Shown: positions 1 through 9,363 of the stretch, one piece after another | How the letters are laid out: every line of letters begins with the position of its first letter | How positions within the stretch are numbered: position 1 is the stretch's first letter | Source: an uncultured archaeon | Lineage (GTDB): Archaea; Asgardarchaeota; Lokiarchaeia; Sigyniarchaeales; SOKP01 | DNA: 64,000 bases | NCBI GenBank assembly: GCA_964486045.1 | Contig: CAZALK010000015.1 | Coordinates: 64,001-128,000, forward strand | Direction: 5' to 3' | Made by a program: the position numbers and the translations under genes | Notes under the pieces: model-generated | Database searches by the model: none | What the model was told of the DNA's origin: nothing | What the model saw: the letters and a program-made list of their open reading frames with translations, nothing else

Positions 1-566
1 AGGAATTAAAAGAAAATTTAAACATAAAAGGCCGGGTGATGTTGACTTTTGGACGGATTACTAGCTATAAAGGTGTCAACGATATAATAGCGGCTTATAA
101 ATTAGCCAAAAGAAAGATCCCAGATCTTAATTTAATCATTGGTGGGGCTCCGGATTTTAAAATGATAAATATTTATAACAAATGGAGAGTTTATTATAAA
201 GACATTAAATTTTTAGGCTTTGTACCTGAAAAATCAGTTCCGGCTTATTATACAATGGCGGATATATTAGTGCAATATTCACATGGTGCTGAAGGATTTG
301 GCAATACTCAACTAGAAGCACTTGCTTGTGGGACTCCTGTTATAAGTTCATCATTAAAAGTCTATCGTGAAATTTTGCAAGATAATGCAATCTTTATTCC
401 TCCTAAAAGACCCCAATTACTTGCTGAAGCAATTACCAAACTTATTAAAGATGGTACTCTAAGGGAAAGTTTGATTAAAAAAGGACAGGAGTTTGTAAAA
501 AGATATTCCTGGGATGCTGTAGGTAAAAGGTTAGAAAAAATTTATCAAAAGTTTTTACAAAAATAA
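1..566 (+). CDS. Glycosyltransferase family 4 (GT-B), C-terminal part; 5'-truncated by the window edge
   Basis: Frame is open from the window start; motifs FGRITSYKG and EGFGNTQLEALACGTPVI (GT4 E-x7-E signature). Confidence 0.9.
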   Translation, partial: ELKENLNIKGRVMLTFGRITSYKGVNDIIAAYKLAKRKIPDLNLIIGGAPDFKMINIYNKWRVYYKDIKFLGFVPEKSVPAYYTMADILVQYSHGAEGFGNTQLEALACGTPVISSSLKVYREILQDNAIFIPPKRPQLLAEAITKLIKDGTLRESLIKKGQEFVKRYSWDAVGKRLEKIYQKFLQK

Positions 567-606
567 ATTCTTTACTAATATCTTATGATTTTAGAAAAAA
601 ACATAC

Positions 607-1716
607 TCAAACTCCATTCAATTTATTTCTTACGTAGTTAAAGCAAATTTCAATAGGATTTTCAAATTTTCTTATTTTCTCTCTAAAAGGACCAACTTGA
701 AATCTCTCTGCTGATGGACCCTTATTGAGTATTTCAATTGCACTTTCAATTAATTTATCTGTTTTTCTAATATGTTTTAATGGGAATCCATTCTTCATCA
801 AAAAATTCTCTTGAGGCGCTGAATCACCAGGAAAGAACTCTATACTAGGAACATTCAAAAGACTCGATTCTCTTACAATCGTCCCTCCTCCGCTAATGAC
901 TAGTGCCCCATAAAAACATAAATCCACGATATTCGGTAAATATTGAGTGACCCGAATATTTTTACTTTTCTTTAAATCTTTTAATTTTTTTAATAGGAAT
1001 TGTTCTTGTTTATCAGAGCGAACTAAGAGTAGATATGTATGATTCGGAAATTGTTTATAAATTCCCGGAAGGAATTCACTTATCATTGTTTCTTCGGGTT
1101 TAAGTTTATCAATAAAATAACTAGCATGAACAGGCTCACTTCTTATCAAAACAAAATTTCCCTTCTTTAAGCCAAATTTATCAAGAATGTTCGAGTCGGG
1201 TTTATACTCTGAGAGCCAAGCAATTTCATCTAGACCATTATACCGTATTATTTTTTCGATGTCAGCGTGGAGTCGTATATACCATTCAATAGGAATACAT
1301 TCCGGGGTTATGATATTTTCAATAAATGGGTGAAATAATTTACAAACGGGTTCATTTCGTGGTTCATCATTAATCCCAATTGAAGGAATTTGTAGCCCAT
1401 AAGCAATTCTAGTACCTTCTAATGATAAAAATGTTGCAAAATATTCTGGTGAAAATTTTTTTACAATTGGAAAAAGAGCTTTTAAGCGATTTACATATGT
1501 TTCTAATTTATCTTCTAATTTCTCTCCACCATGTTTACCAATCTTTTTATAATCAACACTCTTATCATCTAAAATTTGATACGTTGATTCATAATCTCGT
1601 GCTGTTATAAGAAGATTCGATTCTTCGTTTTCAAATCTTTTAATTAGCGAATGAAGCATGATAGCAGTTTTCGGTTGCTCGATGTCTATCCAAATCCTCT
1701 TGTTTTTAAGAATCAT
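607..1716 (-). CDS. DUF354-family GT-B fold protein (putative glycosyltransferase)
   Basis: N-terminal IWIDIEQPK, ITARDY, IGKHGG and C-terminal ISGGGTIVRESSLLNVPSI typical of archaeal DUF354. Confidence 0.8.
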   Translation of the reverse strand: MILKNKRIWIDIEQPKTAIMLHSLIKRFENEESNLLITARDYESTYQILDDKSVDYKKIGKHGGEKLEDKLETYVNRLKALFPIVKKFSPEYFATFLSLEGTRIAYGLQIPSIGINDEPRNEPVCKLFHPFIENIITPECIPIEWYIRLHADIEKIIRYNGLDEIAWLSEYKPDSNILDKFGLKKGNFVLIRSEPVHASYFIDKLKPEETMISEFLPGIYKQFPNHTYLLLVRSDKQEQFLLKKLKDLKKSKNIRVTQYLPNIVDLCFYGALVISGGGTIVRESSLLNVPSIEFFPGDSAPQENFLMKNGFPLKHIRKTDKLIESAIEILNKGPSAERFQVGPFREKIRKFENPIEICFNYVRNKLNGV

Positions 1717-1842
1717 TGTTCGATCAAAAAACTCATCATAATTATTGCGTTTATAAGTAAAACTAAGTTATTTTTTAGAAATTTTGACGGTTTATAGTGT
1801 TTTCTATAATTATGTGTTTTTATTCTTATAAGCAACCAAACT

Positions 1843-2136
1843 TCATTTCCCACAAATACATGGATTGGATTCGCATTTTAAACACATATTGGGATACTTT
1901 TTGAATAAGGAATATTCGAGGTCAATGTCTAATAGGTTTGCTAAGGAAGTTGTCCAAGCAATAATATCTGCTAATTCTTCTGAGACTTTACTCGTTTTAA
2001 TTTCTTGATTCTTTAAAATATGTGCTAATTCTCCTATTTCTTCTATTAACCAGGTAAATGTTTTCTGTACTCCTCTTTTTTGATCCCGTTCAATATAAAG
2101 GTTCTTAATCAGTTTCTGAAATTCGGATATTTTCAT
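1843..2136 (-). CDS. MazG-like nucleotide pyrophosphohydrolase
   Basis: WLIEEIGELA...EELADIIAW acidic motifs; C-terminal CxxCxxxPCxC. Confidence 0.9.
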   Translation of the reverse strand: MKISEFQKLIKNLYIERDQKRGVQKTFTWLIEEIGELAHILKNQEIKTSKVSEELADIIAWTTSLANLLDIDLEYSLFKKYPNMCLKCESNPCICGK

Positions 2137-2181
2137 TTAAGATGAGCAAGAATGTAAATTAATGTTGAATATTAATTCTGA

Positions 2182-2403
2182 TTAGCCCCCACCTGGTGTA
2201 AAAAGCCAGTTAAAAACTCCCACATGCGCTAAGATTACGAGCATAATTAAAGTAACCGATAAGATAATTGTGCTTATTGGTCCGACCTTAATACCAATTG
2301 AACTATCTTCAAAGAATCTCATTAATCCTGCTCCACCCATAGGCATAGGAGCATTTCCACTTCTTCTTTTCTTACGTCTAGATTGAGTACGACTAGTTGA
2401 CAT
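2182..2403 (-). CDS. secG: Preprotein translocase subunit Sec61beta (archaeal SecG)
   Basis: GAGLMRFFED...IKVGP motif followed by one C-terminal TM helix; ATG at 2403 preferred as start. Confidence 0.9.
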   Translation of the reverse strand: MSTSRTQSRRKKRRSGNAPMPMGGAGLMRFFEDSSIGIKVGPISTIILSVTLIMLVILAHVGVFNWLFTPGGG

Positions 2404-2556
2404 TGCAAATATAGTCAATATTTGTTTAGTATTATAATATGCATAAATACTTAAAAAAATATAAAACTATATCTAAAAGTTTTAAATTTATCTTTTAATA
2501 AATTTTTATATCTTGTATTCATTTTTTTTAGATAATTCTATAAAGTTTAAATAATC

Positions 2557-4401
2557 ATGAAAAGAAAAATCTCTGCATTAATTTCAATTTGTTTTTTATT
2601 ATCCATAATTTATGTTTCATTTATTTCGATACCCTCTGAATCACTTAATATTAGACAGGATGATATAAAACATCCAAATTTAGCAGCTAGCCTAGAAGAT
2701 GCAGAAAATATTGTGATAACAGACATGGTTAGAAGGGTAAACATAAGCGGTTACGGATTAGTGATATTTGAAGATTACCTATCAATTAAAAACTTAAACA
2801 ACAATCCAATAAATTCAATCTTAATAGGAATTCCAATTGCTCAGACAGATGATTTAATTTTTCTTGAGGCCACTGGAATTAGTCAGAATACCTTGTTTAT
2901 TGAACGCTTAGATATGATAATGAAAGACTATGAGATGTATGCAATATACTTTGATTCTCCATTATTGCCACACCAAACAAAATCAATTTACTTTATACAC
3001 CAATATAAGAATCTTTTATCGTACTTCCAATTTGAAAATCAGTTTATTGAGTTTACCGGTTTTGTTTACCCAATCTTACCATACAGATCAGAGGGAGAAA
3101 TAAATGCCCATTTTTTCGTACCAGATGGTTCTAGTGAAATAGAAGGTGGTTGGGGTCTTGAATTTACTGACGAACACTTTATATTATATGGTATCGCCAC
3201 TGTGAAAGAGTTGATAGGGGAATCTATTCTTGAACCCTTTTTGGAAAATTTGCACAATCTTAAAACAATTATTATCAATTTTACTCATGACCAAACATCG
3301 AAAATGGAAGTAAAAGAAGTTAACCGTGAAATATTCATCTCCCCATGGGGAATAATTCGAGTAAACGAAGAACTTACAATAGAAAACTTAGGATTACTAA
3401 CAACAAGTTCTATAACTGTAAACTTACCTCATGACGCTAAAGAAATATACGTGTCAGATGATATAGGAGAAATAATGGGAGTTAGAATTAGGTCTTTAGG
3501 GAGCTCAAATTCTAAGCAAGTAATAATTGATTTATCTGTAAATCGTGTAGTAATGTTACCTAATTCGAAGTATCGATTTAAGATTAGGTATTTTTTACCA
3601 TTTGAGGAGTACGCTTCAATAAATTGGTTTCATGAATCAATTAAAGTTGATCTCTACTCCACATACTACGAATTTTTGAGTAACCAACAATCTATTAAAA
3701 TCATTATAGAGGGATGTTTTAATGTTGATTACATTACAGAAGCTCCTGAAGCTATAAATAGAGCTCATGGTACTACTACGTTGGTTTATTCTTCTAGCAC
3801 CGTTAGTCCCAAGGAAAAAAGAATTATACAGTTCACCTTTAGCATTAATTATTTTGACTTACTTCTAAGACCTATTCTTATAATACTCACAATCTCTCTA
3901 ATATTATCGATCTATGTACTTACAATTAAAACAAGAAAGAAATATTATGGCGTACCAATATTAAACAGGGAATTTATCCCTTTGAACGAAATTCGAGAAT
4001 TTTGTGCTTTATATGAAGAAAAAAATGCACTAATATTAGAAATAAGACAAGCTGAAGAAGATGCTAAAAAGAAGAAAATTGCTAAGAAGAATTTAAAAAA
4101 TATTTTAAATAAAAATACTTCAAAAGTAGATGAAATTCAAAATGAAATAATCCCATTTAAGAGAATTTTAATGGAACCTGGTAAAGTTTTTAGAACTGTA
4201 GTAGAAAGGTTGGATCTTTTAGAAGCTGAGAGAATTAGTATCAAAGACAGCTTAAATCTTTTAGAATCTCGGTATAAACGAGGAAGATTACCTTCAAGAG
4301 CAGCTTTTAGGAAGTTATCAGAAGATTTCAAGAAAAAACGAAAGAAAATTGATAGGAGCATAGACAAATACTTGCAGCAATTAAGAAGTTATCTTATTTA
4401 A
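2557..4401 (+). CDS. Ribophorin I (OST1/RPN1)-like oligosaccharyltransferase subunit
   Basis: Signal peptide; REIFISPWGIIRVNEE and YVSDDIGEI resemble ribophorin I motifs (RxIEVSHWGNIAVEE, YYRDEIGNI); one TM near aa 435-457; long basic cytosolic helical tail. Confidence 0.8.
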   Translation: MKRKISALISICFLLSIIYVSFISIPSESLNIRQDDIKHPNLAASLEDAENIVITDMVRRVNISGYGLVIFEDYLSIKNLNNNPINSILIGIPIAQTDDLIFLEATGISQNTLFIERLDMIMKDYEMYAIYFDSPLLPHQTKSIYFIHQYKNLLSYFQFENQFIEFTGFVYPILPYRSEGEINAHFFVPDGSSEIEGGWGLEFTDEHFILYGIATVKELIGESILEPFLENLHNLKTIIINFTHDQTSKMEVKEVNREIFISPWGIIRVNEELTIENLGLLTTSSITVNLPHDAKEIYVSDDIGEIMGVRIRSLGSSNSKQVIIDLSVNRVVMLPNSKYRFKIRYFLPFEEYASINWFHESIKVDLYSTYYEFLSNQQSIKIIIEGCFNVDYITEAPEAINRAHGTTTLVYSSSTVSPKEKRIIQFTFSINYFDLLLRPILIILTISLILSIYVLTIKTRKKYYGVPILNREFIPLNEIREFCALYEEKNALILEIRQAEEDAKKKKIAKKNLKNILNKNTSKVDEIQNEIIPFKRILMEPGKVFRTVVERLDLLEAERISIKDSLNLLESRYKRGRLPSRAAFRKLSEDFKKKRKKIDRSIDKYLQQLRSYLI

Positions 4402-4430
4402 AATATTATTTTTTAATTTATGTGAAATCT

Positions 4431-5054
4431 ATGAAACCTTGGTTATTTGACATATTAGCCTGCCCAATTGACAAGTATTTTCCATTGCAATTATATATCT
4501 TTTCTTTTGAGACTAAAGAAATAGATTTTCGTACTTTCATCGAAATTTATCAGAAAAGAAACATCGATTTTGATAAAAAAGAGGAAATAATAGAGGTTTA
4601 TAGAGAAGATGAAACAATTTTCATAAAAGATAATGTTATTATAGAAAGAACTGAACTTAAAGACTATATTAATCTTGTTATTTTGAGTATAAAAGAATTA
4701 GATAATATTTTCGATAGAACCTCCAATAAACTTAGCAAAAAATGTTTTGAAATTTTGAAATCAAAAATAAAGCTTAAAATTTTAGAATTTTCTGAAAAAA
4801 TGAATCCTAACCAACTTGAAGATATATTACCCGAGTTGTATTTCTTAAATAAAATAAAAATGGAAACTGAAATTGAATCTGGATTATTATTCTGCAAAAA
4901 ATGCTATCGCTGGTATCCAATTATCGAAACCATACCGCAAATGCTCCCTGATGAGTATAGAAATAAGGAAAAAGAAATTGAATTCTTAAAAATCAATAAA
5001 AATTTATTAGATGAAAAATTTTTAAATCAAGATCTTAAACCATTTAATTTATAA
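4431..5054 (+). CDS. trm112: Trm112-family methyltransferase activator with large central insertion
   Basis: MKPWLFDILACPIDK at the N-terminus and EIESGLLFCKKCYRWYPIIETIPQMLP at the C-terminus. Confidence 0.8.
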   Translation: MKPWLFDILACPIDKYFPLQLYIFSFETKEIDFRTFIEIYQKRNIDFDKKEEIIEVYREDETIFIKDNVIIERTELKDYINLVILSIKELDNIFDRTSNKLSKKCFEILKSKIKLKILEFSEKMNPNQLEDILPELYFLNKIKMETEIESGLLFCKKCYRWYPIIETIPQMLPDEYRNKEKEIEFLKINKNLLDEKFLNQDLKPFNL

Positions 5055-5070
5055 TTCAAGATCTAAAAAG

Positions 5071-5172
5071 AGCCCGGTGGTGTAGTGGCCAAGCATTTGG
5101 GGCCTTGAACCCCGCGACCACGGTTCGAGTATTAATAAGTTTGCTTGTTAATTGAAAATCCGTGCCGGGCTA
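5071..5172 (+). tRNA. tRNA-Gln(UUG) with a 29-nt intron (5130-5158) in the T-loop at 59/60
   Basis: Acceptor AGCCCGG/CCGGGCT (A1:U72, A73); anticodon arm TGGGG-CCTTGAA-CCCCG; T-stem CACGG/CCGTG; BHB with bulges AGT and AAT around helix TTCG/TGAA; T-rich run follows. Confidence 0.92.
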
Positions 5173-5330
5173 TTTTTATATAAAAAAAGGTCAAAGAAAT
5201 AAAGATATGAATTTATTTCTTTTAAAATTTGATTTTAATGTATCAGAAAAAAAATAGTAAAAATTAATCCATTATAAGAGAATATAACTAAAATAAATTT
5301 AATCATTAAATATTAAAAGATTTCAAAAAA

Positions 5331-6695
5331 ATGTATCCTCTCACGCAATTAAATTGGGGCTTTTTAGAAATATTCTATTTAGTAATTATCTTTTTAGTAG
5401 GTTTTTTGGTAACTTATATAATTCTCCCTTATGTTATTGAATTTATGAAAAAGAAAGAGTATGTAGGCTATGATATACATAAAAATTCTCGACCTAAGGT
5501 AGCCGAATCTGGCGGACTTGTTTTAATTATAGGTTTCACAGCTGCTTCAATTTTTTTAATGTTATTTTTTCAAAGATTTCTTAATGAAATCATCATTTTT
5601 CTTTTAACTGTTATTATCGCTGGAGCTATAGGGTTTATTGACGACCGAAAAAAATTGAGATCACGATATAAAATTACTCTCTCGATTTTCTCTGGAAGTG
5701 CACTTTTTTTCGCAAATATCTTTGGTTTTATAACTATTTCTTCCCCAACAATCCCTTTTCTTGATAAGACCAGGTTAACCGTTATTTACCCACTTATAAT
5801 TCCTCTAATTATCGCCGTCTTTACAAATACAGTAAATATGTTAGAAGGTTATAATGGAGAAGGTGCTGGAACTTGTTTAATCGCAGTTAGCGCTCTATTT
5901 ATATGTGGTATAATCTGGAATTCTGCTGAGGCTGTGATTTTTACTATCCCTGTAATTGCGGTGCTTATCCCATTTTTTATATATAATAAATTTCCTGCCA
6001 AAGTTTTCCCTGGAGATATAGGAACATTAAGTATGGGGGCAATGATTGCATCTATTATGTTTTTTGGTTCACTTGAAGTTGCTACATTTGTCGCACTTTT
6101 AACTCATATTTTTAATAGTTTTTATGTTATCTATTCTGCACGAGGATTTTTTGAAAGTAGTGATATTCATGAGGATAAGAGTGATATTATTTTGCTAAAA
6201 GATGATCGAATTAAGGCTTCAAGTCAAAAAGATGCGGCATTAACTTTACCTCGATTGATTTTAGCTAGAGGTCCATTAACAGAACCAGAGTTAGTAAAAA
6301 ATTTCTTTGCTATCTCAGTAATCTCTGGATTCTTTTCTATTTTCTCAGTTATTATTTTACAAGTTTCTATAGGAAATTTCGAACTGATATCTCTCATTAT
6401 ATCATTAAGCATACTTATACCTCCTACTGGTTTTATATTATATAAATTTCCCAGAATCAGAGGAATAATTGTGCTAATGATCATTTTATTGGTATCTGTT
6501 GCAATATTCCTAGTAATTGTACAAACTTTAATTATGCCTTTGCCTATTGAAGATATTACATTCGGGATAATAATAATTCCCATCAATCTTTTAATATCTA
6601 TTCTCTTAATTGTTCCAGGATTACTGATTTGGTATTTTTTTACTATTAAATATTTTTGGTCAGTAATTAAGAAAATGAAAAGGAAAAACAATTAG
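5331..6695 (+). CDS. aglH: UDP-GlcNAc:dolichyl-phosphate GlcNAc-1-phosphate transferase (AglH/Alg7/DPAGT1 family)
   Basis: GYDIHK...VAESGG, GFIDD, NTVNMLEGYNG, FPAKVFPGDIGT motifs; polytopic. Confidence 0.85.
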   Translation: MYPLTQLNWGFLEIFYLVIIFLVGFLVTYIILPYVIEFMKKKEYVGYDIHKNSRPKVAESGGLVLIIGFTAASIFLMLFFQRFLNEIIIFLLTVIIAGAIGFIDDRKKLRSRYKITLSIFSGSALFFANIFGFITISSPTIPFLDKTRLTVIYPLIIPLIIAVFTNTVNMLEGYNGEGAGTCLIAVSALFICGIIWNSAEAVIFTIPVIAVLIPFFIYNKFPAKVFPGDIGTLSMGAMIASIMFFGSLEVATFVALLTHIFNSFYVIYSARGFFESSDIHEDKSDIILLKDDRIKASSQKDAALTLPRLILARGPLTEPELVKNFFAISVISGFFSIFSVIILQVSIGNFELISLIISLSILIPPTGFILYKFPRIRGIIVLMIILLVSVAIFLVIVQTLIMPLPIEDITFGIIIIPINLLISILLIVPGLLIWYFFTIKYFWSVIKKMKRKNN

Positions 6696-6754
6696 AAATA
6701 AAAAAAACAGAATTTCATTTTTTTTTCCAAGAAATCTAAAGAATTAAATTTATT

Positions 6755-9346
6755 TTGTATGTTTTATTAGAAAATAAGCAAAGAGAAAAAAATAAGGTAT
6801 TACAATTGAAAAAGTTCTCAAGGAATTTACTATTGATTATTTATCTTTTTACATCCATCGGATTATTTGTCATATTGAATTTTCTTTTTTTTCATTATAA
6901 TTGGCTAAGACTCATAACAGATTGGAGTTTTTTAATAACAATTTTATTGTATTTGTTAACAATTGAAGAATTTTATCATTGGGTTCGAAATAATAAAAGA
7001 AGTGAAATGAGTGATATTGTAGCAATAGTATTTTTCTTTTTCCTCATTTTTTTCTTTACTAAGGACTTTTTAACTTCTTTAATGGGGGCATTCTCAATTT
7101 ATCTGTGGATTGGAATTTTTGAATTAAGAGAATATCCAATACTAAATAAAATATTAATTATCTCATTAGTTACTTATAACATTATATTTGTTGCAGGTAT
7201 TCTTTCTTTCTACCAAAATAATTCTGTATTTATTGATACTGCTTTTGCATTTTCTTTCTGGATTATTCTTATTATGGGATTTATATTATTTGGGAGAAAA
7301 TATTTAATTGTATGGAGATTTATGAGCCCAGAATATTTAACGCTATTTTTATACATAATTGCATGGTTAGCAATCGTCGTTATCAATCAGTATACACCAC
7401 TCAACTTCATTAGTAATAAACCGTTGATTTTTGGTCAATTTAATATTCTAGATTTTTTTATGAATATATATATCATCCTAATCGGGGTGAATTGGTTAAT
7501 TTACTTTGTTTCGGGTCCAATTTTAGACAAAATGCTTGGAATTAAGAGAGTAAAAGATAAAGAAATCCTAAGTAAAGTAAAAAAAGTAAAAGACAAAATT
7601 GGAATTAAAGGTAAGGTAAAAGTTGGGTATGGAAAGTATCCAATTCTGAATGCCATGGCTTATGGCTCATTGTTTGACAAAAGAATTGCTATTATTGCAG
7701 AAGATCTGAACCAAATTCCAAATGATGAGTTGGATGGTATTTTAGCTCATGAATTGGCCCACACAAAAGGAAAACATACACTTGTTTTAACTTGTATTAC
7801 AACAGGAGATTTAATTGTTAGAATGTTCTTAGGCATACCTGCAACTATGTACGACTACACTTTTGGAAATCCTCAAATTCCAATGATCGTTTTCATAATT
7901 TTAAACTTAGGTATTTACCTTCTTCTTTTTATATTTGTGAGAATTTTAGAAGGAAGAGCAGATTTAAAAGCGAAAAAAGTAGGATATGCAAATGAGCTAG
8001 CTAAAGCACTTTATAATTTGGAAAGTTTTTATGCTACTGGACGAGAAATTGGATTTAATACCATGCTTTTATGTGATGAGAAAATAACAAAAGATAATCA
8101 GCTGCTAGATTATATGAATACCGCTATTTATTTAAATCGTTCAATGATCAAACCCTCAAGATTATCTCTCATAGGTAATTTTATTAATTCACATCCACCG
8201 AGTTATTTTAGAATTGCAGCATTATTAGGTGATGAATTAAAACCAAATAAAGAAGCCATTCTTCCATTTATATGCTTGAAAAAATCTCGTCAAAAAAAAT
8301 ACGCTCGGAAATTTGAAAATGCAAGACGAAAATTTAAAATTATAGCAAATGAAAAGTTTAAACAATCGTTTCAAGTTAAAGATATCTCGTTATTAATGCA
8401 AAACCTGAGGAGAAAAGAAGGATATAAATTTGATCTAACGAAAAACTTTATTTTTAGAAATAAAATTACAGATGAGATTATAGTAGGAAAATTAAATGAT
8501 ATACATTTTCTTGATGATCTATGTGAGGGAGTACAATTTATTATAACTAATCTAAAAAGCAATCAAAAAGAAATCCTTAATACGTCAATATATACTCATT
8601 CTCAAATCGAATTTAACGAAACATATTTCTTACAAAAGAATACACCATTAAAATTAGAAGATATTGATATAAAAAGGGATAATGATATTATTGAGAATTT
8701 CTATGTTTTTTTAGATGAAGAAAATAACAAAATTCTAAAACCAATTCTAAAAACTAAATTACCAAATTCCCTGGCTTTACTTAAAAATTTTAAAGAACGA
8801 GATATTTTCTTAAAATCTAAAGGCGAATTGAATATCTCAAGATGCTTTAATGTTTTAGAAGCTAATGACTTAAGTAAGTATAAGCTAATCTTTTCAAATT
8901 CTGATACTAGTGAAAAACAAGAACAAAAACAGTTTACTTATACAATTAATGAATTAATAATTAGACCTAAAACGATAAATTTGACTATACATAAAAATAA
9001 AAGATTTCGTAAATCTGAATACCAAATAATAGAATGGCTGATAAATAAAGAGCTTCTAACTTATCTTTATCTTAAAAAACCAGTAAATAATCTAGAAATT
9101 GGATTTATCCAAAAAATAAAAAGAAATTTTGAAAATTCTAAAAAAGAGGGGAACAGTAATAAAGAGACTCTAATTCTAAAAAATATTTTTGACAAAACAA
9201 TAGAAATTCCATATAATAAAATAGAATTAATCATGTTTGAATTTAATAGTGCTACGATTCAAGTTAAATCTGAAACAAGCTTAACAAGTCGCTTAGGTTA
9301 TAAAATATTGAAGAAATTTAAACCAGCGAGAATTATAATAACATAA
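6755..9346 (+). CDS. Membrane M48 (HtpX/Ste24-like) zinc metalloprotease with long C-terminal soluble region
   Basis: Many TMs, NAMAYG, AHELAH (HExxH), EGRAD, SHPP motifs; true start may be slightly downstream. Confidence 0.8.
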   Translation: MYVLLENKQREKNKVLQLKKFSRNLLLIIYLFTSIGLFVILNFLFFHYNWLRLITDWSFLITILLYLLTIEEFYHWVRNNKRSEMSDIVAIVFFFFLIFFFTKDFLTSLMGAFSIYLWIGIFELREYPILNKILIISLVTYNIIFVAGILSFYQNNSVFIDTAFAFSFWIILIMGFILFGRKYLIVWRFMSPEYLTLFLYIIAWLAIVVINQYTPLNFISNKPLIFGQFNILDFFMNIYIILIGVNWLIYFVSGPILDKMLGIKRVKDKEILSKVKKVKDKIGIKGKVKVGYGKYPILNAMAYGSLFDKRIAIIAEDLNQIPNDELDGILAHELAHTKGKHTLVLTCITTGDLIVRMFLGIPATMYDYTFGNPQIPMIVFIILNLGIYLLLFIFVRILEGRADLKAKKVGYANELAKALYNLESFYATGREIGFNTMLLCDEKITKDNQLLDYMNTAIYLNRSMIKPSRLSLIGNFINSHPPSYFRIAALLGDELKPNKEAILPFICLKKSRQKKYARKFENARRKFKIIANEKFKQSFQVKDISLLMQNLRRKEGYKFDLTKNFIFRNKITDEIIVGKLNDIHFLDDLCEGVQFIITNLKSNQKEILNTSIYTHSQIEFNETYFLQKNTPLKLEDIDIKRDNDIIENFYVFLDEENNKILKPILKTKLPNSLALLKNFKERDIFLKSKGELNISRCFNVLEANDLSKYKLIFSNSDTSEKQEQKQFTYTINELIIRPKTINLTIHKNKRFRKSEYQIIEWLINKELLTYLYLKKPVNNLEIGFIQKIKRNFENSKKEGNSNKETLILKNIFDKTIEIPYNKIELIMFEFNSATIQVKSETSLTSRLGYKILKKFKPARIIIT

Positions 9347-9363
9347 TAAAATTTATTATCAAT

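Noticed and set aside
5098-5114. tRNA-Ser(UGA) by reading T-TGA-A in the loop
   Set aside because: Stem register puts TTG at 34-36; the short variable loop and A1:U72 pair indicate Gln
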